Positions 23,801-34,626 of a DNA stretch of 64,000 nt are shown here, one piece after another (within the stretch, counting starts at the first letter, position 1; every line of letters begins with the position of its first letter). A model generated the notes under the pieces. The model ran no database searches. It saw only the letters and a list, made by a program, of their open reading frames with translations, and had not been told where the DNA came from. Source of the stretch: Piedraia hortae CBS 480.64 (lineage: Eukaryota); assembly GCA_010093745.1 (NCBI GenBank), contig MU005973.1:124001-188000 (forward strand), written 5' to 3'. The position numbers and the translations under genes were made by a program.

Positions 23801-25397
23801 CGGTTTTCACCAACTGCGCTTCCTTCCTCTACATTGACTTTGCCAGTGGGGAGAAGGAAGGACCAGAGGCCGATTACCTCGACAACACCCGTATCCACCC
23901 CGAAGACTACGACCTAGCCCGCAAAATCGCAGCCGATGCGTTGGAAATGGACGAAGAGGATATCAAAGTCGAAGTAGATGAACACGGTCCGTCCGCCGTG
24001 GTCCGCCGTCTAGTCAACGAAGAGCACCAAGACAAGGTCGACGACCTCGTCTTAGAACAATACGCCGAGCAGCTCGAAAAACAAATGAAACAACTGAAGC
24101 GAGCCACTTTGGAAACCATCCGCGTCGAGCTGCAAGGCCCCTACGAGGAAATCCGAGACGACTTCCACTTCCTAACCACCGACGAAATGTTCACCATGCT
24201 CACGGGCGAGACTCAGGACAGTCTCGTCGAGGGCCTCAAAGTCCCCGTCGTGGTTAAACGCATCTTTGTCGACCACCTAGAAGTCCGTCTCGACTGCGGC
24301 ATCGACGGCACCATTACCAGTGAATTCTTCCCCGACGAACTCACCCGTCTCGGAATCGACGCCCGCCAACGCTGGCAACCGCATCAGGTCATCCAAGCCA
24401 AAGTCCTCTTCATCGATCGTAAAAAACTCTCCGCCCAGCTATCCATCCGCGAGGCGGATCTCTCAATCCCCTATAAACGCCACTTTGATCATGGCATCGA
24501 CGAATGGGACGCCCAGCTTGAGCTGCGCGATAAAAAAGAAGCAAACACGTACATTGACCCCGGCACGGGCAAAGCACAAAGAGTCATCAAGCACACGTAT
24601 TTCCGCCCATTCAACTCGGCACAGGCGATTGAGTTTCTTGGTCCGCAGCCAAGAGGAAGTTATGTCATCCGTCCCTCGTCCAAGGGCCCGGATCATCTAG
24701 CCGTGACGTGGAAAGTTCATGAGGGGATTTATCAGCATATTGATGTGTTGGAATTAGATAAGGAGAATGAGTTTTCGGTGGGCAGGGTGTTACGTATTGG
24801 GGGGAAGTATTCGTACAGTGATCTCGACGAGCTCATTGCGAATCATGTGGGTCTCATGGCCAAGAAGGTCGAGGAAATGATAAATGACGAGAGGTTTCAG
24901 CAGGGGAGTCGGCAGCAGACTGGTAAGCTTATGTCATCCTTTTGGGGGTGGGGGAAGAGGGTGGGTATTTAAGAGGTTCTCTACCGAGGTATCTCGTCCG
25001 GGGGTACTCCACTATGGCATCTACTGGGGGTACTCCATGGATATTCACCTGGGGAGCCTACCATTAGAGACTGCTGAGGGTTACCCACCTCTGTGAACCC
25101 ACCCTTCTCTCTCTCTCTCCCCCTCAACGCTCATGAACCAACCTGTATTGACTTTTAACAGAACAATGGCTAACAACCTACACCAACGCGAACCCAAAAC
25201 GAAGCATGTACGCCTTCTGCATCAACCCAAAGTACCCCGGATTCTTCAACCTCTGTTTCAAAGCAGGCCAGAATGCCAATCTATGTACGTGGCCGGTAAA
25301 GGTCATTCCGAATGCATTCGAGCTCAAAGGGATCAAGTATCCCGATATGAAGAATTTGAAAAATGGGTTTAAATTGTTGTTTAGTCGTGGGGGGTAG
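20884..25397 (+). CDS. SPT6: Transcription elongation factor / histone chaperone Spt6
   Basis: Acidic N-terminus, '[11 protein letters not shown]', YqgF/HhH region '[10 protein letters not shown]', '[11 protein letters not shown]', S1 domain and SH2 '[15 protein letters not shown]'. Intron 24923-25161, last exon '[20 protein letters not shown]'. Confidence 0.96.
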
Positions 25398-25420
25398 GTT
25401 AGTCGTGTGGAGGGAGGGAG

Positions 25421-25480
25421 NNNNNNNNNNNNNNNNNNNNNNNNNNNNNNNNNNNNNNNNNNNNNNNNNNNNNNNNNNNN
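25421..25480. other. Assembly gap (60 N)
   Basis: Run of N. Confidence 1.
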
Positions 25481-25510
25481 CTTTTCGGTAGTCTATGAAT
25501 CTTTTCCTAT

Positions 25511-26467
25511 TTATTGTGGGGGCAGCTTTTGGTGGTTGAGATGGCCATTCGTCCCGTTGGGATTGACGGAACTGTTGAATTGTCCGTTGACATGGCCGTT
25601 CATCGTTCCGTTGGCTTGGCCGTTCTTTTGGCCATTTGGCTGACCATTTGCATGGTAACCATTCGTCTTCACAGAACCATTGACGTGTCCGTTGGTCTGT
25701 CCGTTCGCCTTGTTGTTTGAATGACCATTCGTTCCATTCGTCTTCGCGGTATCGTTCACTTGTCCATTGGCATGACCATTGATCAATCCATTGGCCTCTT
25801 CATCCATGTGTCCATTGCTCGTTGCATCGTTATGTCCATCGATCGATTCATTGACATACCCATTGATCGATTCATTGATATGCCCATTGATCGATTCATT
25901 GACATGCCCATTGATCGTTCCATTGGCCTTTCCGTTGATCGTTCCATTGGTATGCCCATTGGTATGCCCATTCACTTCCCCATTCTCATACCCATCCGGC
26001 GTCCCATTACCCTCCAACTCACTCCCTTTTTCGCATCCATTCGCGAGTTCAGCAGCCTTTTCTCCGGTTCCATTCGTATTGTTGCTTCCATTCCCATTGG
26101 CAATCCCATTCGCCTTCGTCGTCCCATCTTCCTCCCCGCCCCCAAGTGTAGGCTTAACAGCCCAATTCATCCTCTGAACCCCTTCCTTCGAAATCTCATC
26201 CTCCTCTAACCCTGTCTCATTTCCCTCGCCAGCATCTCCCTCCAATGTATCCTCCCCCTCAAGAATACTTTCCACCTTGCCACATGAGGAGGTACCCTCC
26301 CCCTCCCCAGAAAGAGAATGATAAGCCGCCTCCGCACCAATCGACAAAGCAATCCAATCGATAACCTTCTCTACGAGCAGAACAAAGGAAATAATCAAAG
26401 TCGTGAAAACGATGATGGAGAGTAGATCGTTTCGGATTCGGGTGGGGATGGATTGTTGATAACGCAT
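25511..26467 (-). CDS. Hypothetical protein with an N-terminal TM helix and an Asn-Gly(-His) repeat tail
   Basis: 318-aa ORF. Helix 'LLSIIVFTTLIISFVLLV', an acidic linker, then more than 25 NG motifs, partly encoded by 12- and 24-nt tandem repeats. Confidence 0.6.
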   Translation of the reverse strand: MRYQQSIPTRIRNDLLSIIVFTTLIISFVLLVEKVIDWIALSIGAEAAYHSLSGEGEGTSSCGKVESILEGEDTLEGDAGEGNETGLEEDEISKEGVQRMNWAVKPTLGGGEEDGTTKANGIANGNGSNNTNGTGEKAAELANGCEKGSELEGNGTPDGYENGEVNGHTNGHTNGTINGKANGTINGHVNESINGHINESINGYVNESIDGHNDATSNGHMDEEANGLINGHANGQVNDTAKTNGTNGHSNNKANGQTNGHVNGSVKTNGYHANGQPNGQKNGQANGTMNGHVNGQFNSSVNPNGTNGHLNHQKLPPQ

Positions 26468-27192
26468 TTTTGGGGAGCCTTGGAGGTTATTTGGGTGGGT
26501 TGTGGGATGGTGGGCTTTTCCTGTTCTCGGGAAGGGGTTTGAGAAGGTGGAAAGATTGATAATATGGGAGTGACGAGCGCTTGACTATCAAATGGACTCG
26601 GTTATCCGTGTGGGAGGGACCGAGTTTGAGAAGACGGTGTGTGTGAGGGTGCTCTTGACTGGACGAGTGCGAGTGGTGTAGTGCAGCTGTGCAAAAGTCA
26701 AGCAATGAAGTCATAAAGTCTTAACTGCTTGACAGCTTTGACGTGTTCTGGGGAGAGCTTGAGCTTCTGACGACTGGAGTCATCGTGACCTTGACTGGGA
26801 GCCATTTCGGGGTGCGCTTGTCCGTACGAGAAGCTGGAATCATGACTGGTAACACCGTTCGATTTGCGTTCTATGCATCGATAGGACATTACAGTACCTT
26901 CGAGCTATCCGGGTCACGATACAAAGTCTGGATGGACAGAGACATGGAGGTTACCCTTCATGATCTCTCGAGATTTCGAGAAGTTCCAGTATCCATCAGC
27001 ATCTCTGCCTGCTTCATCAGCTCAGCTACGACCCTCGAAGTTTCTCCCTGACGAAGTCATATACAGCAGTCATCCCATCCATCGAAGCGGCACAGCTCAA
27101 ATAGCGGCTCACAAAACAACCCACCCCACAGCGTTCATCCCACGCCAGGAAAAACCCGGGGCTCAAAATCCCCACATATCCCCAACGCCACG

Positions 27193-27377
27193 AAGGAACT
27201 CGGCTTGATTATCAATCCACATGTGTCATGACGTCAAATAAGGAACTCGGCTTGATTATCAATCCACACGTGTCATGTAAGGAACTCGGCTTGATTATCA
27301 ATCCACATGTGTCATGACGTCAAATAAGGAACTCGGCTTGATTATCAATCCACATGTGTCATGACGTCAAATAAGGA
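27193..27377. repeat. 47-bp tandem repeat (4 copies, copy 2 shortened to 39 bp) in the ADH promoter
   Basis: Unit AAGGAACTCGGCTTGATTATCAATCCACATGTGTCATGACGTCAAAT at 27193, 27240 (variant), 27279 and 27326. Confidence 0.97.
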
Positions 27378-27428
27378 GCCCAATAACGATATAAGAGCGA
27401 AAAAAAAAACGCTATCAAAGCCCCAACA

Positions 27429-28483
27429 ATGCCTACCTTTACCGTCTTTCGCGGCTCCAAAGATGGAGTTATCAAGAAATCCGAAACCACAAAAGACAAA
27501 CTCACCCGTGACCAGGTCCTCGTCAACGTAACCGCTTCTGGGCTCTGCGGGACTGGTACTTCCATCCCTCGAGCAAACCCTCCCTCCCCCTCCCCAACTA
27601 ACTCCGAGTAGATCTCCACTACAAAACCGCCGACATGGCCCTCGGGCACGAGGGCGTTGGCGTTGTCGCCGAACTCGGCCCCGATGCGAAGCATCTCAAA
27701 AAAGGCGATCGTGTAGGCTGGGGCTACGTGCACGACTGCTGCGGTGCGTGCGAGTACTGTCTCACCGGAAACGAGACGCACTGTGCTGAACGCGCAATGT
27801 ACGGCATGGCGGACCTCGACCAGGGCTCTTTCGCCTCTCAAGCCGTCTGGCGCGAAGCATTCCTCTTCAAAATCCCCGACGCCATCAGCGACGAGGACGC
27901 CGCTCCACTGCAGTGCGGCGGCACTACCGTCTGGAACGCACTCTACAAATACGATACCCGCCCGGATGAGGTCGTAGGTGTCATGGGCGTTGGCGGACTA
28001 GGCCACCTCGCGATCCAGTTTGCGAATAAAATGGGGTGTCATGTCGTGGTCATCTCTGGGACGGATAGTAAGAAGACTGAAGCGATGAAGTTGGGTGCGC
28101 ACGAGTTTGTGGCGTCAAAGGGTGCGAAGGAGTTGAAGACTTCAAGGCCGTTGGATAGGCTGTTGGTTACGACTTCCGCTCTGCCGGATTGGAACCTCAT
28201 TGCGCCGATTTTGGCGCCGTTGGCGACGATTCATCCCCTTTCGGTGGATAATAAGAATTTTGAGTTTCCGTATATGTCGCTCGTGGGGAATGGGTTGAGA
28301 ATTCAAGGGTCGATTGTTGCGGCGAGGTGCTCGCATAGACGTATGTTGGAGTTTGCGGCGCTGCATGGGATTAAGCCTGTGGTGGAGACGTTTCCGATGA
28401 CGGAGGAGGGAATCAAAGAGGCGGTTGAGAAGTTGGAGAAGGGGCAGATGAGGTATAGGGGGGTTTTGGTGCCGAAGAAATGA
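27429..28483 (+). CDS. Zinc-dependent medium-chain alcohol dehydrogenase (cinnamyl-ADH/Adh6-like)
   Basis: 'SGLCGTDLH' is split by intron 27556-27611. Also 'GHEGVG', 'CGACEYCLTGNETHC', 'APLQCGG' and 'GVGGLGHLAIQFA'. Confidence 0.92.
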
Positions 28484-28670
28484 ATCTATGAAATGCGGGG
28501 TTTGTTGTGAGGGGTATGGCTGATAAGTTGCTTTTTTGACAGATAAGTATTGGAAGTATTTATCAGTGCCACTTGGGGGCCAGGTTCCTTTTCGTGGAGG
28601 ATGCGATGGGGTTGAGTGAGGGATACTAAAGTGATGATGGGAGGGTCAGGTTGCACAAAAGAAGAGGTTG

Positions 28671-28740
28671 AACGATGGTGGACGATGGTAAACGATGGTA
28701 AACGATGGTAAACGATGGTAAACGATGGTAAACGATGGTG
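28671..28740. repeat. 10-bp minisatellite (AACGATGGTA) x7
   Basis: Direct tandem copies, with variant first, second and last units, about 110 bp upstream of the carboxypeptidase ATG. Confidence 0.95.
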
Positions 28741-28850
28741 ATACTGCCAATCGTTGATGGCCACAGTAATCAGAATTCCTCGGAAAATTCCGGTCATCTG
28801 CACGGCAGCTCACTATAAGATGGCGGGCAGCCACCCTGCTCAAGATCAAG

Positions 28851-30401
28851 ATGCATCTCTTCCTCGTTGCAGCTCTCTGCAGTCTTGTCTGCGGACGCAG
28901 TCTCCGACACGTTGGTCGCGGCGATTTTTCCCAAGAACTCAAACGCTCACTTAACTTCAACGGCTGCTATGGGCAACACTGTCACCACAACAAAACCAAT
29001 CCAATCCCCCACAACAACAAAACCGCCCAATTCTACGTCGACGGGTCAGCCATTCCCAACGTAACCTTTGACATTGGACCCAGCTATGCCGGCCTCCTCC
29101 CCATCTCCTCTGAACCAAACTCCAGCGAGCTATTCTTCTGGTTCTTCCCTTCATCCAACCCCTTCGCAAGCGATGAAATCCTTATCTGGCTCAACGGCGG
29201 ACCCGGCTGTTCCAGTCTCGAGGGTCTCCTCCAGGAAATCGGTCCCTTCCTCTGGCAATACGGCACCTTCCGCCCGGTCCAAAACCCCTGGGCCTGGACG
29301 GACCTGACCAACGTCGTCTTTGTCGAACAACCCGCGGGAACCGGCTTCAGCCAGAAACGTGGCACACCCACCGCAACCTCCGAAGAAGAAACCTCTGCCC
29401 AATTCCTCGGCTTCTGGAAAAACTTCATCGACACCTTCTCCCTGCACAACCGCAAAATCTTCATCGCGGGCGAAAGCTACGCAGGCTATTACGTCCCCTA
29501 CATCGCCGACGCAATGCACAACGAAACCGACCCAACCTACTTCAACGTCGACTCAATCCTCTTCTACGACCCCGTCGTCAGCACGGAGATCGTCCAAACC
29601 GACATCCCCGCCGTCGCCTTTGTCGAGTTCTGGGAGCACTTGTTCGCATTCAACGAAACCTTCATGACCCACTTACGGACCCAATCCCGTGAATGCGGCT
29701 ACGACGAGTACCTCGCAACAGCACTGACCTACCCGCCCAAGGGACCTCTCCCCCCACCCCCCTCAGCCAATAACCCCGCATGCCGCCTCTGGGACGAAAT
29801 CAGCAACGCAGCCGTCCTCGTCAACCCGTGCTGGGACGTCTATCAGGTAGCAACAACCTGCCCCCTGCTGTGGGACGTGCTCGGCTTCCCGGGTTCGATT
29901 CCCTACCTCCCCGGCGGGACGGACGTCTACTTCAACCGGAGTGATGTCCAGAAGGCCATCAACGCGCCACAGATGGAGTGGGCGGAGTGCTCCTCGGGTG
30001 TACTCGACACAGATACATCCCTCCCCTCGTCGTTTAAAGTCCTCCCGAGGATAATTCCGAAGAACAACAGGACGATTATTGGGCATGGGTTGCTCGATTT
30101 CATTCTCTTGGCGAATGGGACCCGCATGGCGATTCAAAATATGACGTTTGGTGGGAAGCAGGGGTTTGAGACTCCGCCGGAGAAGTGGGAGGAGTTTTTC
30201 GTGCCGTATCATGAGCAGGGTGCACTGAGTACGATTGCGGGAGCGGGGGTCATGGGGGCGTGGGTTGAGGAGAGAGGGCTGACGTATGTGGAGGTTACGT
30301 TGAGTGGGCACATGGTGCCGCAGTATGCGCCTTCGGCGGCGTGGAGGCAGGTGGAGTATTTGCTGGGCAGGATTGATGGGTTGGGGGAGGGGGGCAAGTA
30401 G
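28851..30401 (+). CDS. Secreted serine carboxypeptidase (peptidase S10)
   Basis: Signal peptide, KR propeptide site, 'WLNGGPGCSS', 'EQPAGTGFS', catalytic 'GESYAG' and 'GHMVP'. Confidence 0.93.
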   Translation: MHLFLVAALCSLVCGRSLRHVGRGDFSQELKRSLNFNGCYGQHCHHNKTNPIPHNNKTAQFYVDGSAIPNVTFDIGPSYAGLLPISSEPNSSELFFWFFPSSNPFASDEILIWLNGGPGCSSLEGLLQEIGPFLWQYGTFRPVQNPWAWTDLTNVVFVEQPAGTGFSQKRGTPTATSEEETSAQFLGFWKNFIDTFSLHNRKIFIAGESYAGYYVPYIADAMHNETDPTYFNVDSILFYDPVVSTEIVQTDIPAVAFVEFWEHLFAFNETFMTHLRTQSRECGYDEYLATALTYPPKGPLPPPPSANNPACRLWDEISNAAVLVNPCWDVYQVATTCPLLWDVLGFPGSIPYLPGGTDVYFNRSDVQKAINAPQMEWAECSSGVLDTDTSLPSSFKVLPRIIPKNNRTIIGHGLLDFILLANGTRMAIQNMTFGGKQGFETPPEKWEEFFVPYHEQGALSTIAGAGVMGAWVEERGLTYVEVTLSGHMVPQYAPSAAWRQVEYLLGRIDGLGEGGK

Positions 30402-30564
30402 GGATGGGTGTATGTTGTTACCTATTGTCCTTTCGTTTGGTGGTACATCCCCGGGTCGGTGGTTTGTGACCTGGGTCATGTCTATTACATCCCTCCCACT
30501 CGGCGCCGGGCTATTCCGCAGGCTAGTATGATACATCCTCCCCCATTCCCTTCCCTTCATGGTT

Positions 30565-31248
30565 CTACTCATCCCTCCCCCACATCCCCCTCTTGTGGGC
30601 CCTTAACTCCCTTGCCTCCCTCTTCCTGGGACCCCATTTCTCTCTAATCGCATCCACCTCCTCCCTCCTCTTCCTCACATACTCCTCCGGTCCCGAACAG
30701 CAGAGACTTATGAAAAACTGTGAGCATCCAAATTTCTCAGCGAGGCGTAATCGCGTCCAGGTCCGGGGGTCGGAGGCACGTAGCGTGCGGATTTCCTCGA
30801 CTTCAGTGGGGGTGAGGTGGTATTTTTTCTTGTGAGCTTGGGCGGGCGGGCGGACTGTGCTGCCGAGCATGGCTCCTCCGCTGGGTCGTGTTCCGTTCCC
30901 AGATAATCCTGCTGCGCTACCTCCCCTCCCTCCGCCCCCAGACGATAATGCTCCACCCTGTGTAGTCGCTTCGTACGCTCTCCTCCCGAGCATCGACGCA
31001 CCACTGTTACTACCCGCCATGCCTGCTGAGCTTTTTCTCGGGTCGTTCTCCGGCAAAAACTTCACAGGGGTACGATACACATCCGGCGCGCTGGACGGCG
31101 GGTTGAAGATGATATGGTCCATCGATTCCGTCGTCGACGGGAGAAAACTTGCACTCGGCTTCACACGGAGAGCTTTTCGCGTCCTGCCTGCTGTGGATTG
31201 CCATCTCTTGAAAACAAAACTCATCGTGGAGGGCATCACAGCTGCCAT
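30565..31248 (-). CDS. MRPL20: Mitochondrial ribosomal protein L20 (mL58)
   Basis: Mitochondrial presequence-like N-terminus, 'IIFNPPSSAP' and 'YHLTPTEVEEIRTLRASDPRTWTRLRLAEKFGCSQFFI'. Confidence 0.85.
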   Translation of the reverse strand: MAAVMPSTMSFVFKRWQSTAGRTRKALRVKPSASFLPSTTESMDHIIFNPPSSAPDVYRTPVKFLPENDPRKSSAGMAGSNSGASMLGRRAYEATTQGGALSSGGGGRGGSAAGLSGNGTRPSGGAMLGSTVRPPAQAHKKKYHLTPTEVEEIRTLRASDPRTWTRLRLAEKFGCSQFFISLCCSGPEEYVRKRREEVDAIREKWGPRKREARELRAHKRGMWGRDE

Positions 31249-31350
31249 GTCCCAGTCAACAACCGGTGATGTTCGATAACGCACGGACCATGTGATTTGT
31301 CACATCCGCCCCGATTGAGGGGCTGATTATCATACAGCGTTATATCTATA

Positions 31351-32642
31351 CTAGACTACAATCGCCTTCCGGCTTTCATTCTGCAGCCGCTGCCCCGTCG
31401 TCGGCTCCGGTTTCTTCAACCGTAGCACCCACGCGAGGAGGCCTTCTGCCGGCAATAACACCAACCAGACTCTATTACACAGAAAAGCTAAAGTCACAGA
31501 GAACGTAGCCACGACCGCGTCGAGGTAATAGTGATTCGCTGTTGCGACGATGACGGTTAGTACGAGAGTCGGATACAACACCGCGGCGAGGATGTAAGCG
31601 ATTGTAGAAGCGGAAGACCGGTTCGGGGTTCGTTTACCCGCTAGGGCCTGTAAAAGGCCAGAGTGGTAGAAGAATGTGCAGCCGATGACAAAGGCGTAGG
31701 TAAAGTGCAGACTGGGCATGGCGGCTAGTTGGTTGACATCGCTTCCGCCGACCCAGACGCTCTCGGCGTGCTCCTGACGGACGGTATCTTTGAAGCCGAA
31801 TTCTTCGGGTAGAAGGCGGGGTGGCATGCAGGGATAGAAGCAGAAGATGATGAAGGCGCAGAAATTGCCGAGTGTCATGGTGCGGCGCGCGACGGCGAAG
31901 GTTTCGTGGTTTGGGGCCGCGTAGTAGTACCATGATAGGAAGCTGGGTTTGTTAGTTGGGGTGGATGGTTGGTGGGGTGAGGTGCTTACGCCACGGTGCC
32001 GGGAATGTGAACGAGAGAGTAGATTTGGTTGAAAAAGGTCATGATGGACCGGTGGTGGCGGAGGAAGAATTGCTGTACTTGGACTTCTTTGACGAGGAAG
32101 AATATGCTGAACATGGAGGCGTGCTCGAATTGGAGGATGTTGATCCCGTTGTCTTGTGCCATGGCTGTTACTTGGTGACCGCCCCGTCCGTAGACTGCGG
32201 CGGCTACCTTCTTGGTCATGGAGTATGCAATGTAATTGAGCGCCCAGTAGAACATTTCGATTAGAAAGGGGTATTTCTGCAGAATGCGACTGTGCAGGTT
32301 GTTGGCGAACCGCTTGGTGTCTGGCACCTCGACGCGCAGACAGCATAACCGCTGCTGCTGCTGCTGCGACTTCATGGGCGATGCCGACCGCGTTGACTCG
32401 CCATCGCTTTCGTCGCGCGTGGGTATCTGCAGCAGATGCTCAGCCGTGCCGTCGGCCGGTCTCTTAATCGTCCGTCGTCGGTTCAGAATGAGCGACCCCA
32501 GCATGAGGCACACAATCAACTGCTCTCGTCAGCGTTCGTCCGTTTCAGCCTGGTTGGTACTCACCACCGGCTCAAACCATAACCGCGCCGCCGACTGCGG
32601 CCTTCCCAGGTCGGGCTGCGTGTCTGTGCCATTGTTGGCCAT
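31351..32642 (-). CDS. PAP2_3 / Aur1-like integral membrane protein
   Basis: 'KYPFLIEMFYW', 'YPCMPPRLLP', 'NQLAAMPSLHF' and 'TANHYYLDA'. Two introns, near 32522-32563 and 31942-31989. Confidence 0.85.
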
Positions 32643-33670
32643 TTCTACGCTGACAGCAGGTTGTGTGTGTCCCAGGCACCGTCGCGCGGTATTAGGGACT
32701 GGTAAAATTAGACACTAATGATGGGTGAAGGTGTAGTCAAGCGGCGCGACCGTTGCCGCGCCGAGGCCGCAGCGTGGCGAACAAAAGCGACTGTGTACAG
32801 CGTCGAGGACTGCTGAGACTGCGCTTGATACAACGCACCGGTCGAGAATGATCCAGCCGTGCGACGGCGACAGAGAGCGGTCTGCTGACCAACGGACAAG
32901 GGAGTGTCAAAAGAATCGGTGTCACGTAATTACATGGCTGTCGTACACACTACAGGATAACGACGGAACGACAAGTCAGCGATCGCACTGCCTGTGACGT
33001 GAAAAGACACCCCCCTTCCAAGGCTGCATCGACTGCGTTTCGACTGCGCATAACCGATCTTCAGGCACAATGACTGCTGAACACAGTGCTGTTGAAAACT
33101 CTCTGCACTGCAAAATCTCGGCAGACCCTGCAGTTGAAAACTCGGTAACGTTGTCCAGACGCTGTCCATGTGGAAATTGCATTACCCGTGGCGTTAGCGC
33201 TCCTACGCAATTCCCGATTCTAGCAGATCGCGATGAAGAGACCGTTAAGATCTACCCCCAAAATATGTCAGGAAATGTGTCTCAATGCCCGTTAACCACG
33301 TGGGAGCATGGGCACCAACTGCCGCGCGCTTCCACACCCTGTCACGTCCCTGCCGAGCCCAAGCCAAAACCGACATGCAGGCCAATGGGAGTGGCGCCTC
33401 ATCGGACCAACTGCTAAACAGGGTTTAGAGACAGCCGTGGAGATTTTGCCAAAAACAGATGTCATGCTAAAAATTCGCTAAGCACATCCTTAAGAGACCA
33501 TGGCCTTCCCACCGAGGTACTTGCTATCGGCTTCGTTCACTCGTTGTACAACCAAGTCAACTACATTCACTTGACATACACACTCACTTACCAAAATAAA
33601 AACTCTCATTAAAGACACCGGTTGTCTTCTTTACCAAAATCCTTCCCATACCAACGAATACACTGCCAAC

Positions 33671-34402
33671 ATGTATTCTGAACTGATCCTTACCCTCCTT
33701 TCCCTGTCCGTCAATGCGGTTCCTCTTGCCGATGCTCGGCCAGACCAGCTCCAGGCCCGTGATGATGACACCTTCAACCTTCACATCCTGAACAACTGCC
33801 CGGCGGACAGGCAATTCGCCCTTTATTCCATCGGCTCCGATTTCTCCATGAAGCAAATGTCCGACTCGGTCAAGATTGGAACCAACGAGACGGGCACCAT
33901 CTGCGCTCCCTACCACGCAACCGGCATGCGCCTCTCTCCCAATGCCGACTGGAGCTTGGGTGATCAGTGGAAGCCGCAGTCCCTCTTTGAGTTTGGCTAT
34001 TCCAAGATGAACAACGTCGAGGGAACGGCCTACGACATTTCCATGATGGATGGTTGTGACAAGGCAATTGGCATGGCTGCTTGGCCGATTGTTGATGATG
34101 CCGATGACGATGCCTGCCCCAGCAAGGTGTGCACGCAGGGAAGCTGCGACAAGTCCCAAGGCTGGTCCAATCCCAACCAGGTCGAGAAGATCAATGGCAA
34201 CAGTGCAGCCGATACCGTCTGCTACAAAGGCAAGAAGGACTTTGTTGTCATCGTCTGCCCGGGGCCGGATGACAAGGGCCGAAGCTCACACAAGAACCAA
34301 GACTGGAGCAATACATCCCAGCATCAAGCGCATAGCGTCCACCACAACAAACGCCACGGCCACGGCCACGGCCACGCACACGCACATGACCACCGCTCAT
34401 AA
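33671..34402 (+). CDS. Small secreted thaumatin/osmotin-fold protein with a His-rich tail
   Basis: Signal peptide, 'ILNNCP', 'LFEFG', 'AYDISMMDG', several Cys and 'VIVCP'. C-terminus 'HHNKRHGHGHGHAHAHDHRS'. Confidence 0.7.
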   Translation: MYSELILTLLSLSVNAVPLADARPDQLQARDDDTFNLHILNNCPADRQFALYSIGSDFSMKQMSDSVKIGTNETGTICAPYHATGMRLSPNADWSLGDQWKPQSLFEFGYSKMNNVEGTAYDISMMDGCDKAIGMAAWPIVDDADDDACPSKVCTQGSCDKSQGWSNPNQVEKINGNSAADTVCYKGKKDFVVIVCPGPDDKGRSSHKNQDWSNTSQHQAHSVHHNKRHGHGHGHAHAHDHRS

Positions 34403-34626
34403 AGGAGTGCTGCTTCTGTCGTAGGGAATAAAAAGAATCCAGGAGATGGGCCCATGCTTCTAGTAGCAAAGGGATTTTAGCTTCGTGTCAGAAATGTCCT
34501 TTATAGAATTTTTTTTATCAGATTCATTTCTTCAAAAGGAAGGAGCGACCCGGCACGTGTCGCATCGCACCATTAATTTTCCACTGACATTCGTTCTGCA
34601 CATTTTAGTTTTGTCCTACTCGAACC

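Noticed and set aside
20623..23898. Long antisense ORFs (725 aa and 357 aa) opposite SPT6
   Set aside because: These are shadow ORFs produced by GC-rich codon bias on the sense strand. They have no recognisable motifs.
27193..27377. CRISPR-like appearance of the palindromic 47-bp repeat
   Set aside because: The units are head-to-tail with no unique spacers, there are no cas genes, and the context is eukaryotic.
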